A stretch of 64,000 nt of DNA from Eledone cirrhosa (lineage: Eukaryota): NCBI GenBank assembly GCA_964016885.1, contig OZ024743.1, forward strand, positions 35,836,001 through 35,900,000. Direction: 5' to 3'. Positions 27,161-42,325 of this stretch are shown piece by piece. The position numbers and the translations under genes are program-made. The first letter of the stretch is position 1, and every line of letters starts with the position of its first letter. A model generated the notes under the pieces. That model was not told where the DNA came from and did not search any database. It worked only from the letters and a program-made list of their open reading frames with translations.

Positions 27161-27411
27161 TTGATTCATTCCGACCTCAAATTATTCTATGGTTACTTAT
27201 TGTATTCTGATTCATTATCTACATCTACCTTTCATGGTTTCTAGTGTGTGTGTGTGTGTGGGGGGGGGGGGGGCTCTCAACATGTGGTGCAACCAGGAAT
27301 ACTTCCTTCAATCTAGACTTTTAGTCATGCCTTTCTTAGTCAGTATGGTGACTTTTGCTTGTCTACTTTCTCTCTATTCAGCTTTTTGGATATTAGACAC
27401 ATATTACCATG

Positions 27412-27497
27412 TCTTCTTCTTCTTCTTCTTCTTCTTCTTCTTCTTCTTCTTCTTCTTCTTCTTCTTCTTCTTCTTCTTCTTCTTCTTCTTCTTCTTC
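27412..27497. repeat. (TTC)n microsatellite
   Basis: Direct reading. Confidence 0.95.
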
Positions 27498-27684
27498 TAT
27501 GACTTTTAATTATTGCTTATTCGTTCACACACACACACACAGACACGCACGCGCGCGCACACACACACACACACGTGCACACACACACACGCACACGTGC
27601 ACGCACACACATACGTACACACACACACACACACACACACACATATTTGCAGCCTTTTCCTTCTACTTTCCTTTATTTATTATC

Positions 27685-30300
27685 TCTCCACCCACTCCTT
27701 CATTCCTTCCCTCTCTCTCCACCCACTCCTTCATTCCTTCCCTCTCTCTCCACCTCACTCCTTCATTCCTTCTCTCCCTCCACCCCACTCCTTCATTCTT
27801 TCTCTCCCTCCATCCCACTCCTTCATTCCTTCGCTCTCTCCACCCCACTCCATTCCTTCTCTCCCTCCACCTCACTCCTTCATTCCTTCCCTCTCTCCAC
27901 CCCACTCCTTCATTCCTTCCCTCTCTCCACCCCACTCCTTCATTCTTTCTCTCCCTCCACCCCACTCCTTCATTCCTTCCCTCTCTCCACCCCACTCCAT
28001 CATTCCTTCTCTCTCTCCACCACACTCCTTCATTCCTTCCCTCTCTGTCCACCCCACTCCTTCATTCCTTCTCTCTCTCCACTCCACTCCTTCATTCCTT
28101 CCCCCTCTCTCCACCCCACAACTTCATTCCTTCTCTCTCTGCACCCCACTCCTTCATTCCTTCTCTCTGATCACCTCACTCCTTCATTCCTTCTCTCTCT
28201 CCACTTCACTCCTTCATTCCTTCCCTCTCTCCACCTCACTCCTTCATTCCTTCCCTCTCTCCACCCCACTCCTTCATTCCTTCCCTCTCTCTCCACCCCA
28301 CTTCTTCATTCCTTCTCTCTCTCCACCCACTCCTTCATTCCTTCCCTCTCTCTCCACCCACTCCTTCATTCCTTCCCTCTCTCTCCACCTCACTCCTTCA
28401 TTCCTTCTCTCCCTCCACCCCACTCCTTCATTCCTTCCCTCTCTCCACCCCACTCCTTCATTCCTTCCCTCTCTCCACCCCACTCCTTCATTCCTTCTCT
28501 CCCTCCACCCCACTCCTTCATTCCTTCGCTCTCTCCACCCCACTCCTTCATTCCTTCTCTCACTCCACGCCACTCCTTCATTCCTTCGCTCTCTCCACCC
28601 CACTCCATTCCTTCTCTCCCTCCACCCCACTCCTTCATTCCTTCGCTCTCTCCACCCCACTCCATTCCTTCTCTCCCTCCACCTCACTCCTTCATTCCTT
28701 CCCTCTCTCCACCCCACTCCTTCATTCCTTCGCTCTCTCCACCCCACTCCTTCATTCTTTCTCTCCCTCCACCCCACTCCTTCATTCCTTCCCTCTCTCC
28801 ACCCCACTCCATCATTATTTCTCTCTCTCCCTCACACTCCTTCATTCCTTCCCTCTCTCCACCCCACTCCTTCATTCCTTCTCTCTCTCCACCCCACTCC
28901 TTCATACCTTCCCTCTCTCTCCACCTCACTCCTTCTTTCTCTCCTTTCTCTCCACCTCACTTCTTCTTTCTCTTCTCTCTCTCTCTCCACCTCACTCCTT
29001 CATTCATTCGCTCTCTCCACCCCACTCCTTCATTCCTTCTCTCTGACCACCTCACTCCTTCATTCCTTCCCTCTCTCCACCCCACTCCTTCATTCCTTCT
29101 CTCTCTCCACTTCACTCTTTCATTCCTTCCCTCTCTCCACCCCACTCCTTCATTCCTTCCCTCTCTCCACCCCACTCCTTCATTCCTTCTCTCTGTCCAC
29201 CCCACTCCTTCATTCTTTCCCTCTCTCCACCCCACTCCATTCCTTCCCTCTCTCCACCTCACTCGTTCATTCCTTCTCTCTGTCCACCCCACTCCTTCAT
29301 TCCTTCCCTCTCTCCACCCCACTCCATTCCTTCCCTCTCTCCACCTCACTCCTTCATTCCTTCTCTCCCTCCACCCCACTCCTTCATTCCTTCCCTCCCT
29401 CCACCCCACTCCTTCATTCCTTCTCTCTCTCTCCACGCACTCCTTCTTTCTCTCTCCTCTCTCTCCACCTCACTCCTTCATTCCTTCCCTCTCTCCACAA
29501 CACTCTTTCATTCTCTTCTCTCTCTCCACCTCCCTCCTTTCTCTCTCTCTCCACCTCACTCCTTCATTCCTTCTCTCTCCATCCACCTCACTCCTTCATT
29601 CTCTCCTCTCTCTCCACCCACCTCTTCATTTCTTCCCTCTCTCTACCCCACTCCTTCATTCCTTCCCTCTCTCCACCCACTCCTTCATTCCTTCCCTCTC
29701 TCAACCTCACTCCTTCATTCCTTCTCTCTCTTTCCACGCACTCCTTCTTTCTCTCTCCTCTCTCTCCACCTCACTCCTTCATTCCTTCTCTCATTCCACC
29801 TCACTCCTTCATTCCTTCTCTCTCTCCACCTCACTCCTTCTTTCTCTCCTTTCTCTCCACCTCACTCCTTCTTTCTCTTCTCTCTCTCTCTCCACCTCAC
29901 TCCTTCATTCCTTCCCTCTCTCCACCCACTCCTTCATTCCTTCCCTCTCTCCACCCACCCCTTCATTCCTTCTCTCTCTCCACCTCATTCCTTCTCTCCT
30001 TCTCTCTCCACCTCACTCCTTCATTCTTTCTGTCTACCTCCACCTCACTCCTTCATTCCTTCTCTCTCTCCACCTCACTCCTTCTTTCTCTCCTCTCTCT
30101 CTCCTCTCCACCTCACTCCTTCATTCTTTCTGTCTACCTCCACCTCACTCCTTCATTCCTTCTCTCTCTCCACCTCACTCCTTCTTTCTATTCTCTCTCT
30201 CCACCCATTCCTTCATTCTTTCTCTCTGTCCACCTCACTCCTTCTTTCTCTCTCTCCACCTCATTCCTTCATTCCTTCTCTCTCTTTCCGCCTCACTCCT
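27685..30300. repeat. Polypyrimidine minisatellite, ~30-bp unit (CCTTCATTCCTTCCCTCTCTCCACCCCACT)
   Basis: 30-bp periodicity is clear at 28391-28600. The long ORFs arise because the unit lacks stops. Confidence 0.95.
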
Positions 30301-31343
30301 TCTCTCTGTTCTCTCTACTCATTCTCCCTCCATCTTGTCTATCCTCTCTCTCTATTTCCTCTGTCTTCCCCCTTTATCCCTCTCTGCCCCCCCCCTCTAA
30401 CGACCCCTCTCTTTTCTATCTTTCAACTGTCCATTCTCTTTCAAAATCCCCCTCTCTCCCTTTCCTCTCTCTCTTTTCTCTCCCTTTATCTTTCTCTCCG
30501 TTCAATTTATTTTCTTAATTAAATTTTTAACATTTGATTCAAAGATTTTGTTTTATTTTCTAGTCTTTTATGTTTCTTTTTACTTTCCTATCTTTCTTTT
30601 TTTTCTCTTTCTACCTCTCTCTTTTTCTTTTTTTCCTTCTTTTTCTTCCTCTCTTTCTTTCTTTCCTTCTTTCCTTCTTTCCTCGCTTCCTCTGAAATCA
30701 TTTTCTCCTTCTCCTTCCATCATAACATGTCCTTCCCTTCTCCTCTCCCCTCCTCTCCCCCTCTCCCCCATCCTCTTCTCCTCTCCTCTCCCCCCTCTCC
30801 TCTTCTCCTCTCCCCTCCTCCTTCTTCTACACGTCCATTTCGCTCTTTTATTCTTTTATCTCTTATTCTATTCCATTACCAAACCTCCATCATACATTCC
30901 ATGTACAGAACGAGTCTTTGACTCCTGCCCCAGTAGTTTCCCTTTGAAGTTTTACACATTTAGGTAGCGTGTCGTCTACAAACCGTGAAGTCAGTCGGTC
31001 AAAACCGCCATCTTAGAAAATGGTAACGAGGTTTTGGCCTCGTTGTCAATCGTTAGCATGTGTGTATGAGGTGTATAGACTTCCACATCCCCAGACATAT
31101 ATGTATATATATGTGTGTGTCCGCACGTAAGTGTATGTGCGTGTGTGTACGTCCGGGTGCATGTGTGCCTGTGTGTGTCTGTGTCTGTGTGTGTCTGTGT
31201 ACATGTGTGTATATATGTTTGTGTGTGTGTATTTGTGAGTCTGTGTGTCTGCGTGATTTTGCCGTTCTCTTTCGATGACGCTAGTCAGGGCTCAAATTTC
31301 TTGAATATAACCAAAGTTTCTTAACTTGTATTTTTCCTCTGGT

Positions 31344-31408
<65 letters not shown>

Positions 31409-32011
31409 TGCATGCTGACATACAAGTACAGAAATTCACACACGCAGATAAGCACACACACACACATACACACACAGGTACATACACACTCATGCGACCC
31501 AACAAATATTTTCTTCCACAATTTCATATTAATACAAATGTATATTCACATACAGGCTTATTCATTGAAGTATATACATACATATCCATACACTCACACT
31601 CACACAACTGCACAACTGCACACACATGCACACACACACTCAATTACATCCACACATATTAACTAAGAATCTTCATACATAGAGTGATATATTTATAGAG
31701 TCAAATAAACACACTACACTCAAACAACGATTTGTCGGCACAGACAGACACATATTCGTATTCATATTGTGTGTGTATATAGGTTTTGGTATCTGCAAGT
31801 ATACGGACGTGTATGTTTTTTTTCTGTCCAATATTTTTCTCATTTTCATCGTTCCTTCTTTACTTCCTATTTATCTTTTATTTCTAACTCTATCGTCTGA
31901 TGAAGAACTAGTGTCCGAAACCTTAAAGCTCTCTTCCTGCTATTTCAAGCGTTAAACTAATATATTTCTTCCATGTTACTGTGCCGCTTGTTTTGTTATT
32001 TTTGTTGTTAA

Positions 32012-32102
<91 letters not shown>

Positions 32103-32239
32103 TAATTAAAAGGTTATTTATCTCTAATACATAATCATCTAAATAAATGAATAAAATATACAGATAAGATATTAAGATATCACCCAAAGAAGCAATTATA
32201 CATATTAAACTTATGCCAAGAAACACTATTTAGGGGAGT

Positions 32240-32855
32240 ATAAGTCAGACAGACTAAAATAAGAGAGTCTCACTCATAAAAATGTCTCCCTATATTGGTT
32301 TCAAAAACGATAGAAGCAGTACCAGGCATTTCAAATCACTGGAATAACCAATACCGGAAGAATTCATTTTTTCTTCAGGGGAGTATTCTTTGGAAAAAGA
32401 GGAATACTGATCATAAAGTATACATACCATTTCGCTGCCGGAACCGTACGCTGTCCAACAGGTCGCTTTGTTGAACTACTAAATTAACAAACCTCTCTCT
32501 AAGGAGAATCAGAGTGGAAACAGAAGTACTGCACCCCAGTAAATTTTCTGAAAGGTGGGTGAATGTGGCAAAAATGGCCCGAGTGATTGGGCTTTTTCTG
32601 TATATAAACCTGTAGGTTGAAGAAGAGAGCAAAAGGAAGAAAGGAGCACTTGCACAACATGCTCCTGGAGTTGAGGGTTGTTCTATCTACGGGGTATAAA
32701 ACAACCCATTTGTAACGCGTCCCCCTCTATTGGGGATTTCGATTGTTGAATTTGTATGTTAACACTTTTTTACACGATTATATGTAAAATCCCCGCCATA
32801 TGTCTTTGTATTGTCCCCTTTTCTTGTGCGCCCTTGTGGCAAATAAAGAAATATA
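32240..32855 (+). mobile_element. Degraded 3' fragment of Tx1/L1-type LINE, same family as 37115-38665
   Basis: Shares GAAAGGTGGGTGAA.GTGGC..AATGGCCCGAGTGA and the 3' end TGTGGC.AATAAAGAAA. Confidence 0.75.
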
Positions 32856-32944
32856 TATATTAAGACAACGCGATGGGCTTATAATAACGCTAGAAATAGC
32901 AGCCAAAAATCCCCGTCTAAATCAACTCTACAATGAAGGAGTTG

Positions 32945-33133
32945 TTAATATTAATTAAAAGGTTATTTATCTCTAATACATAGACATCTCAATGAATGGA
33001 TAAAATATACAGATAAGATGTCGGAGAAGTAATATGTAAAATTGCTTTTATCAGTGATATTTTATCTGTATATTTTATCCATTCATTTAGATGTCTATGT
33101 ATTAGAGATAAATAACATTTTAATTAATATTAA
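32945..33133. repeat. Palindromic element (~75-bp arms); single related arm at 32101-32225
   Basis: TTAATATTAATTAAAAGGTTATTTATCTCTAATACATAGACATC mirrored. Confidence 0.85.
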
Positions 33134-34444
33134 TGGTAGAACTTACATTCTTATTTTTCGATCACTAAATTTTACAGAGAACATTAATCGAAAGATTAAT
33201 ATTGTTGGCAGAATTTAGTGACCGAGAAAATAGTGCTACAAGCGTAGCTTTTTGATTACGAGTAGACTCGATGGCGACAGTGGATGTGTCCTTCTCGACA
33301 GTAAAAAGCATATGTTTGTCGAGTTTAAACTTGGCGTACTCCAAAAATAGTTGTTTTTAAGTCTCTTATTGCCGCTACAGTTTCTTTTGAGAATGAAAAA
33401 TGAGCATTTATGAGAGGTCTTATCATTTCAGAGAAGCGAGTAACCCATCGGGAATAATAAGCTAACCAACCCGTCATATGAGATAAAGATCATATATTAG
33501 TATGCAGGCATTTCCTAATGTAGAGTTAAATGTAAGGAGCCAGGGCATAGTTCGTTATGGCTAATTTAATGTAGATATATTTATCGTTATTCAGTGTAAT
33601 ATTAGATTTACGAGCAACTTTTAAGAATTAAAATAATTTTTTTGTCCTATTCCTCTTTGGTGTTGCCACATGGTGGCATCATCTAAATGGGTGGCGAAGC
33701 CTTCTAACTCGTTTTTACGAATAAAATAATCTTTAATCGACTGGAAACACGCAACACCGAGTTTTAACCCGAACCGAAGCTAAAAAGTATAAACTGAAAC
33801 AATTGACCTTTTACCTGGAAAGTGATAATATGCTATCGTTGGTATACCAAGCAACGATATCGTTGGTGAACCAAGCAACACTGTGGTATAGTCTATTTAA
33901 GTCGTTAGTACTAAATATCTTATAAGAATATATTGCGTTAACTAAGTCGTAGATTTTTGGTGAATTTATTAATAGTTTCACTATAATCAACTACTAACCT
34001 ACTTTTCTGGTTACCGTTAATGACATGTATTTGTGTTCGCCATAATCAATCACTTGGTTCTATGATGTTTTTTTTTTAGCATTCGATTCTCTTCCGATCG
34101 AATAAACTCACCATCAGATTATCTAAATTTAAGGAATCTCGTAGTTACATTTAAAAAAACAAACTGTTGACCGATTTATAGAAGACTGAGCAAATTGATT
34201 GATAGGAGTTCACAGAGCAGACCTCTATGTTCGATTAGCAGCTACTGAATTCTACTTCAACAGATGAACACCCAGAATAATGTTTGCACAGCAGCCAGGA
34301 AGTATGAAGAAATGTATTAGATCGTATAGCTGATCTTTTACACAGGCCCGTAGCCAGGTTTTGGTGCTTGGGTTGAGGTGAAGTTTCGGATTAAGCATAA
34401 CACAGTAATATTGTTTCTAAATCTGGGGATGTACCATTGAAAAG

Positions 34445-34476
<32 letters not shown>

Positions 34477-34748
34477 AATATATGTGCATTCCTACTCGTT
34501 ACCAAGACTACCTAACGGCTTTTTCGTTTTCTTTTTTCATTTTCGTTTTTTTTTTTGTGTCTTTACTGGACATTCTTTCTGTTTCTCCACTGTGTTTCTG
34601 TCTCTTTTTGTACTCCAGATGAAGGGCTTAAGCCCGACTCCTCGAACTTTCTTTCCTCTTTCCAATATAAAGCGTGAAACTAATAAGACTTTTTGTACCT
34701 CTGTTTATTGTCTCCTTGAACTCTCTCTCTCTCGCTCTCTCTCTCCCC

Positions 34749-34841
<93 letters not shown>

Positions 34842-34947
34842 AAAAGAGTCAGGACTCCGCCGGCTGAGCTCCGGCCGTTTCGACAGCTAGATCCGAGTAC
34901 TCTGGTGCGTTATGGTCCACCTGGTATCTTACCACACCGTCTTTGTT

Positions 34948-35375
<428 letters not shown>

Positions 35376-36329
35376 TGTATATACATATATACAGACGGGT
35401 AGGTATCTCGGGACATATATTCTTAAATTGACAGGGAAAGGTGGTGTAAATGATAAAGAGCGAACGACGATGTTCTCAAGTCAGTGAAAAATACCCTTTA
35501 ATCAAGAATGACCAAGTCAATCCGTCAAGTAAATCTTACATGATGACAAGCAGACGACACGGAATCATGCACATGGTTAGATAGAACGAGCTTTTTATTT
35601 GTCGAGAATGTCCAGCCTTGTAATCAAATGACTGAAGCAGACGATCGGTGTTTTTATAATATAATATCATATAATATGTTGTCCGGGCGATATATATGAT
35701 CGACGGCAGTGTGGTGTTGGATCTGCTTCACATGAATAAAGATGTTCATCGACTAGAAAATACGATAAGCGATATCTTACCCTATGTGTAAAAACAGAAA
35801 GTGATAGGAGAGAGAGGATGGGAAGAGCTGGGTAGATATATGTAGAAGAAGAAGCCCGACACATATACTTATAATCATATATGCACTTAGAGAGAAAGAG
35901 AAAGTGATATATATACACGCATATAAAGTCAAATGCATACATACGCTCACAATGGAGGCGTTTACGTATTTCTCCTTGTCCGCCTCGTCTTGAAGAAAGC
36001 AATGAAAGATAAAGAAGTGAATAAGAAGAAGTCGGTGGGGGATGGGGGCCGTCGGCAGGAGGTAACAAAAGATAGCTGCTGCTCACTTAAGGCAGTATGG
36101 CATGGCAAAAAGGGCGTTAACGGAGGGACGGCTTTTGCTTTTGAATACAAGGGGTTCGCTGACAGCTGGGGCACACACACATGCGCCCGCATACATACAC
36201 ATACATATTCACACAGAAACGTACACGCACACAAACTCATATATAAATGCATATATACGTGCTTATATATATATATATAAACGTTTGGAGTATATATATA
36301 TATATATTGTCTTAATTAGTAATATGCCA

Positions 36330-36389
<60 letters not shown>

Positions 36390-36408
36390 CTTAATTAGTA
36401 ATATGCCA

Positions 36409-36452
<44 letters not shown>

Positions 36453-36849
36453 TATATATATATAGGCAACATATTACTAATTAAGACAAGTAAGGCCATT
36501 ATTCAACTTAGTACTCAATACTAAGCAAAGTAGAGTGTAGATATTATGGAATGTTATATATATCCCCCCTCTCTCTCTCTCACACACACATACACACACA
36601 TACACACACAAACACACATATATAAATGTTGTTGTTACTGTGGAGTCTCTCCTGTGTACTGACAAAGTCTAGCCTGGTGAGCCTAAGAGTATATAGGTGA
36701 AGGTCCAAAGTAACAAGACTCAAGGTTATACATACTTTACTTATAATTACAAAATTTGGGACAACAGAAGCTAACAATTTTGTAATTTTATTTATCTGTC
36801 AAGTGTCTTGATCTGACAATGTTGAAACCCCAAAAATGTCATCGTAGAA

Positions 36850-37030
36850 GAGGTAATTCGTGGCAGAATCGTTAGAGCGTTGAACAAAATGCTTAGCTGG
36901 ATTTGTTTCGGCTATTTACGTTCTGAATTCAAATGTTGCCGAAGTCAGCTTTGCCTACCTTCTTTCCGGTGTCGGTAAAATAAAGTGCCATTTAAGTCCT
37001 GGGTCAATTTAATCGACATTCCCTCCTTCA
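36850..37030 (+). mobile_element. Diverged tRNA-derived SINE
   Basis: Degenerate A/B boxes and conserved body. Confidence 0.7.
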
Positions 37031-37034
37031 AGGA

Positions 37035-37114
<80 letters not shown>

Positions 37115-37116
<2 letters not shown>

Positions 37117-38665
37117 ACTGAAGGAATTACGAAAGGTTTACAGGAGCGAAGCTGAACCGGGACAAGTCCATCGGTTTGCAACTCGGATCGTGGAGAGGCA
37201 AACCGATGCCTTCCGATGGCGTCGTCGGACGCTGGACGGAAGGACCGGTAAAGCTGCTCGGGGTCTGGCTTGGTCCGGACCTCCAGGTGGAGAAGAACTG
37301 GAACGAGGTGACGGCCAAGGTGTTTGCAGTCACCCAGAAGAGGGCCGAGTGCAAACTATCCTTGAAAGGTCGAGCGGAGGTGGCGAACACTTTTATAGCG
37401 TACGTCATCTACTACCGCTTGAACGTCGTGCCTTGACCAGCCAAAACGCTCACCAAAATTGAGCGCGCGCTCTTCCAATTCCTTTGGAAGAAGCGGGCTC
37501 CTTTGGTGAGAAGATCTATCTGCTGCCAACACCCTTCCAACGGAGGGCTGGGGATGCCGTGGTTGACGATGCGCAAACACGCGCTCAGGCTGCGGCATCT
37601 CTACGTATTCCTCACCGGACAACCGGTGTAGGCCCCGTTCGTGAGGCGAGCCTTCTCACGACTCGTCTCGCTGACCGAGCTGCAGTCCTGGGTCAAGCAA
37701 AGACCTAGGAAAATGGGCGACTGGCACATCGAATGTGCTCAGGCGCTCACAGCCCTCTGGCAGGCGGACCCGGCGATCAGTGGAGACTCCACTTCGTCAT
37801 TCTATAGAGGGTTGATCCGCAGCAAGTTGATCGGAGAAGCTCTAGGCGTAGAGGAAGACGAACTGGCCAGTCTGTTCGGTAGGACCTTCCGCCCGCCCGA
37901 GACCAATGGACAACTTCCAAAAGTCCCTGGCCTGGCAGTGCTACCGAGGAGCTCAACCAGTTCGAGACAAGCTCTACAGACATGGGCGCCCGGGCAGGGA
38001 CCATTCGAGAAAGATCTGTCCGAGATGCGTGCGAGACGAAGAAACCGTCGCGCACGCATTCATACACTTCCCGGGTGTCACCGACCTGTGGGGCTATGTA
38101 GAACGATTATGTCGCGGGTGGGACCAATCCGGTTGACCACCGAGTCCATTGTCATGATCAAACCGCCACCCTCCTTCAAAAACGAAGGAGAGGCGGTTTT
38201 CCTTTGTGTGATAGCTATGGCGAAAGAGGTTGTATGGTGGACGAGGTTAAAAGGGCTGAGGTCAGATACCTTTCTCTCCGGCCAACAACTGATTTTTTTT
38301 TTCAAATACCACTTTGGAAGCAGAATCAGGATGGAGAAAGAGGTGCTGTACCCCAGCAAGTTTTATGAAAGGTGGGTGAAAGTGGCGAGAATGGCCCGAG
38401 TGAATGGGCCTTCTCTCTATATCAGCCTGTAGGTTGAGGAAAAGGAGGAAGAGAGGAAAGGGGTACAAACTCTTCGTACTCCTGGAGATGAGGGTTTCAC
38501 ATTTTTTCGGGGGTATGTGTTACCCTTATGAAATGTCTCCTCCTATTGGGGATTAACTTTTCAATTGCATTTGTGATAATATTTTACACGTTTTTATTGT
38601 ATGTAAACTTACCCCTTTGTATTTGTCCCCTTCTTTTGTGCCCCTGTGGCTAATAAAGAAACATA
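37115..38665 (+). mobile_element. 5'-truncated Tx1/L1-clade LINE (RT C-terminus, Cys-rich domain, 3' UTR) inside (TATC)n
   Basis: GAKLNRDKS..VKLLGVW..LSLKGRAEVAN..GGLGMP..CPRCVRDEETVAHAF, with stops and frameshifts. (ATCT)n on both flanks. Confidence 0.85.
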
Positions 38666-38669
38666 TCTT

Positions 38670-38715
<46 letters not shown>

Positions 38716-38930
38716 AATCTATCTTCAGGGCTGTCTCTCTCCCTCTGTTGTATTACTCGACCTTCTCTTTCATTCCCTCTTTCCCCCTCATACTCCTTTC
38801 CTCTCTCTCTGTCAGTCTCTTTCTCTCTCCCTTTCCTTCTCTGCTTCAATATCTCTCTTTTCTACTCATTCACTTTCTCCCTTTCTCCCTTTCTCTGAAA
38901 CGGCATCACTCTTTACTCTAAGTATATAGA

Positions 38931-38967
<37 letters not shown>

Positions 38968-38971
<4 letters not shown>

Positions 38972-39016
38972 ATCATATGTAACCCATGTGCAAGCATGCA
39001 GTATTCTTCTTCTTCT

Positions 39017-39113
<97 letters not shown>

Positions 39114-39215
39114 CGAGAAGAAGAAGAATACTGCATGCTTGCACATGGGTTACATATGATAAAAATAGTCCTTCGTCAGTGATTTTCCAACCATCATTGG
39201 TATTTCATCGCATTA
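38968..39215. mobile_element. Inverted pair of the 14431-family repeat around a (TG)/(TA) tract
   Basis: ATCATATGTAACCCATGTGCAAGCATGCAGTATTCTTC mirrored at 39120-39164. Confidence 0.8.
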
Positions 39216-39289
39216 ATATATATATATATAAAATAAAGTACCAGTAATACACTGGGTAATTGCTGGCCTTGTGCCAAAAGTAGAAACAA

Positions 39290-39333
<44 letters not shown>

Positions 39334-39335
39334 GA

Positions 39336-39449
39336 AGGCGTGTGGCTGAGTGGTTAGAGAATTGGATTCGCAATCGTAAGGTTGTGAGTTCGATTCCTGG
39401 ACCAGGCGATGCGTTATGTCCTTGAGCAAGACACTTTATTTCACGTTGC
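39336..39449 (+). mobile_element. 5' half of a second tRNA-derived SINE family
   Basis: TGGCTGAGTGG A-box, GAGTTCGATTCC B-box, then GTCCTTGAGCAAGACACTT body. Confidence 0.75.
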
Positions 39450-39555
39450 TTCTTCTACCTGGAGTTGCGACCGATAGATAGTATTAGCAATCGGAAAGAC
39501 CAACGGAAACATTGTTCCCTCGGTCTGATTTGACGAAGGTCGATCGTCTTTAAGA

Positions 39556-39587
<32 letters not shown>

Positions 39588-40449
39588 CTGTGTATGTGTG
39601 TGTGTTTGTGTGTATGAGTATACCCTATAGCAAGTTTCCATTGTCCAAAATATGGTATTTAGTGGATCAATAATTATTTGACCTACCTGCTAGTAAACAA
39701 ATCTAATTATGCAAATCGGATTTACCGATTTACTGTTGTGGCGATATAAATATCTTCAAGCTATGTCTGTTCGTCTCAGTCCTTCAGTTAATCTCTCTCT
39801 CTCTCTCTCTCTCTCCCTCTCTCTCTCTTTATATATATATATATTATATATATATATGAGTGAACACAAAAAGGAGTATATAGCCACATACAGTCCCACA
39901 ACATGACCATAACCTTCATTCTTGCCTTTTTTTTTGTAGGACAATCAAAGCAATAACTTGTATCGATCCTGTGAAGAACATATGTGGTTTGTATGTGGTG
40001 AGACTGTATCGATTTCAGAGATTAGTCACAGCTTGAAAGGTGTTACGCGATAGTGATTCCCGTGGATTGTAACAGACAACATCCTTTATAACTAGAAGAA
40101 TATTCACGCTTCATAAAAGACAACACCCATTACAAATTTGTTTGGGGACCTCTATGTGTTATAAAAATTTTAAAATGACACCTTGTACCGAAAGTACATT
40201 GTCTCTGTAAGGAGAAACGTTCTTCTATTTTGAAAACAACGCTCTATTTACAATAATAAACATCAATATTAAAACTCACAAGGACGGGCGCTGGTATTTC
40301 TGTGTGGTTAAGAAATACAGGTTTGATTTCACTGCTCAATACCTTTATCAAGTGCTTCTTCCTTAGCCACAGGTTCAGTTTATGGTTATCTCATGAGTGG
40401 AATTTAATATATATATAGTATTGCTAATAGCTTTCTCCGTTTATGTATT

Positions 40450-40484
<35 letters not shown>

Positions 40485-40499
40485 GACCTCACTGCAATA

Positions 40500-41310
40500 T
40501 TGACCTCGTAAGGTTGAAAGGCAAAGCTAACCTCGGCCGGATTTGAACTCAGACCGTAAAGGGCCGTAACTCTGTGCTGAAAAGCATCATAATAATTATT
40601 TCTACTTTAGGCACAAGGCCAGCAAATACCCAGTGTATTACTGGTACTTTATTTTATCGACCCCGTAAGGATAAAAGGCAAAGTCAACCTCGGCGGGATT
40701 TGAACTCAGATCGTAAAGGGACGTAACTATGCTGGAAAGCATGGCGTCCGACCCTCTACCGATACTGCCCAATTCACCGCATCATAATAATAACATCAAT
40801 AAGAAGAACGACGGCAATAATATTGTTTTCTAACAGGCATATGGCCAGAAATTTTGCGGTGAGGGGAATGTCAATTATGTCTGTTCCAATACTTTACTGG
40901 TACTTGATTTTACCGACCCAAATAGGATGAAAGGCAAAGTTGACCAAAGCAAGGTTTGAATTCAGAAATAATACTGTTAAGAATTTGTCGGACATTCTTA
41001 CGACTCAGTCCATCCAATAATAATAATAATAATAATTTCTTTATTGTCTACCTTTCCATTTTAAAGGAAGGTGGTGAGGTGATCTTCCCGAAGCATCCAG
41101 TTGGATGCCGAGACCATCCTAATAATTGTTTCTACTTTTAGCACAAGGCCAGCAATTATCCCAGTGTATTACTGGTACTTTATTTTATCGACCCCGTAAG
41201 GATGAAAGGAAAAGTTAACCTCGGCGGGATTTGAACTCAGACCATAAAGGGATGTAATTCTTTGCTGCAAAGCATGACTCCCGACCTTCTACCGATACTG
41301 CCAAACCATC
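40500..41310 (-). mobile_element. Cluster of four tRNA-derived SINE copies
   Basis: Repeated CTGGTACTTTATTTTATCGACCCCGTAAGGATGAAAGG..GGATTTGAACTCAG. Confidence 0.85.
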
Positions 41311-41799
41311 CTAATAATAATAACGATGATCAACACACAATACAGTTCACACTATTTCATTTGACAATTTCGTCGTCAGAAGTCTGATGTAAAAACAACT
41401 AAAAGTAACAAATACAAAAAACAAACAAACAAACAAAAAAACAAAACAAAACAAAACAAAACAAACAAAACAAACAAAACAAACAAAACTAGGAATCGTT
41501 ATTTATTGGTTAATGACAAAAATACCACCACTATCAGCAACACAAACACCAAATTCCACCGCCACCCACTTATTAAATTTTGTCAATCTATCTCCGGAGA
41601 AATTTTATTGTAAGTGATTCATATTGATACAGCAGCTGGAGAATCTAATAATGATTTTATTTTACATTATAAAAACATATATGACAAAAGAAGAGCATTA
41701 CAAGAAATCCCATATTTACGAACGTACCCTTTACAATTACTGATTTCCCAAGCACCCCCCCATTATTGCCGCCCCTCCAATTATTTGGGACCCGAGAGT

Positions 41800-42020
41800 G
41801 CCACCAAACTCTCCCCCTCTCTATATCTACTACACGGAACTCCATTCCAATCCCCTTCTCTATATCAATTAACACCAAACTCTCCCCTTCTAAATATCTA
41901 CTACATGGAACTCTCTTCTAATTCACCTCTCTATATCAATTAACACCCAACTCCCCACCTCTCTATATCTAATATACAACACACTCTCCCAACCCCCTCT
42001 ATATCAATTACCACCAAACC
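41800..42020. repeat. Short tandem repeat, ~65-70-bp unit
   Basis: CACCAAACTCTCCCC..CTCTATATCAATTAA recurs three times. Confidence 0.7.
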
Positions 42021-42278
42021 TCCACCCCATATATCCACTCCACCCCCACCATACCCTCACCAAACCTCCACCACCTCACCACCACCCCATCACTACCGCC
42101 ACCCCCACACTACCTCCCACACCAATACCCCCCCCCACACCATCCCCCCACACAATACCCCACACACCACCACCACCACCACCACCACCACCTCTACCAG
42201 AAGCTGTTGCAGCTATAAAATGTAACCTGAAAAGGAAAATATTCAATACAAAATATGGAACCTGCTGTTTCCATGGGA

Positions 42279-42325
<47 letters not shown>

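Noticed and set aside
27409-30518. 1001-aa and 941-aa ORFs
   Set aside because: Stop-free 30-bp pyrimidine minisatellite open in several frames
31897-31925. CTGATGA..GAAAC motif (also a CAGATGA remnant at ~34616)
   Set aside because: Stem I does not pair and stem II is mismatched. Probably dead hammerhead relics, so not called.
33230-34430. Unique-looking stretch possibly containing a host exon (also ~13200-14290)
   Set aside because: No ORF or recognisable motif, and cannot be supported without transcript data
39336-39410. tRNA gene
   Set aside because: A/B boxes are present but there is no full cloverleaf, and it continues into a SINE body
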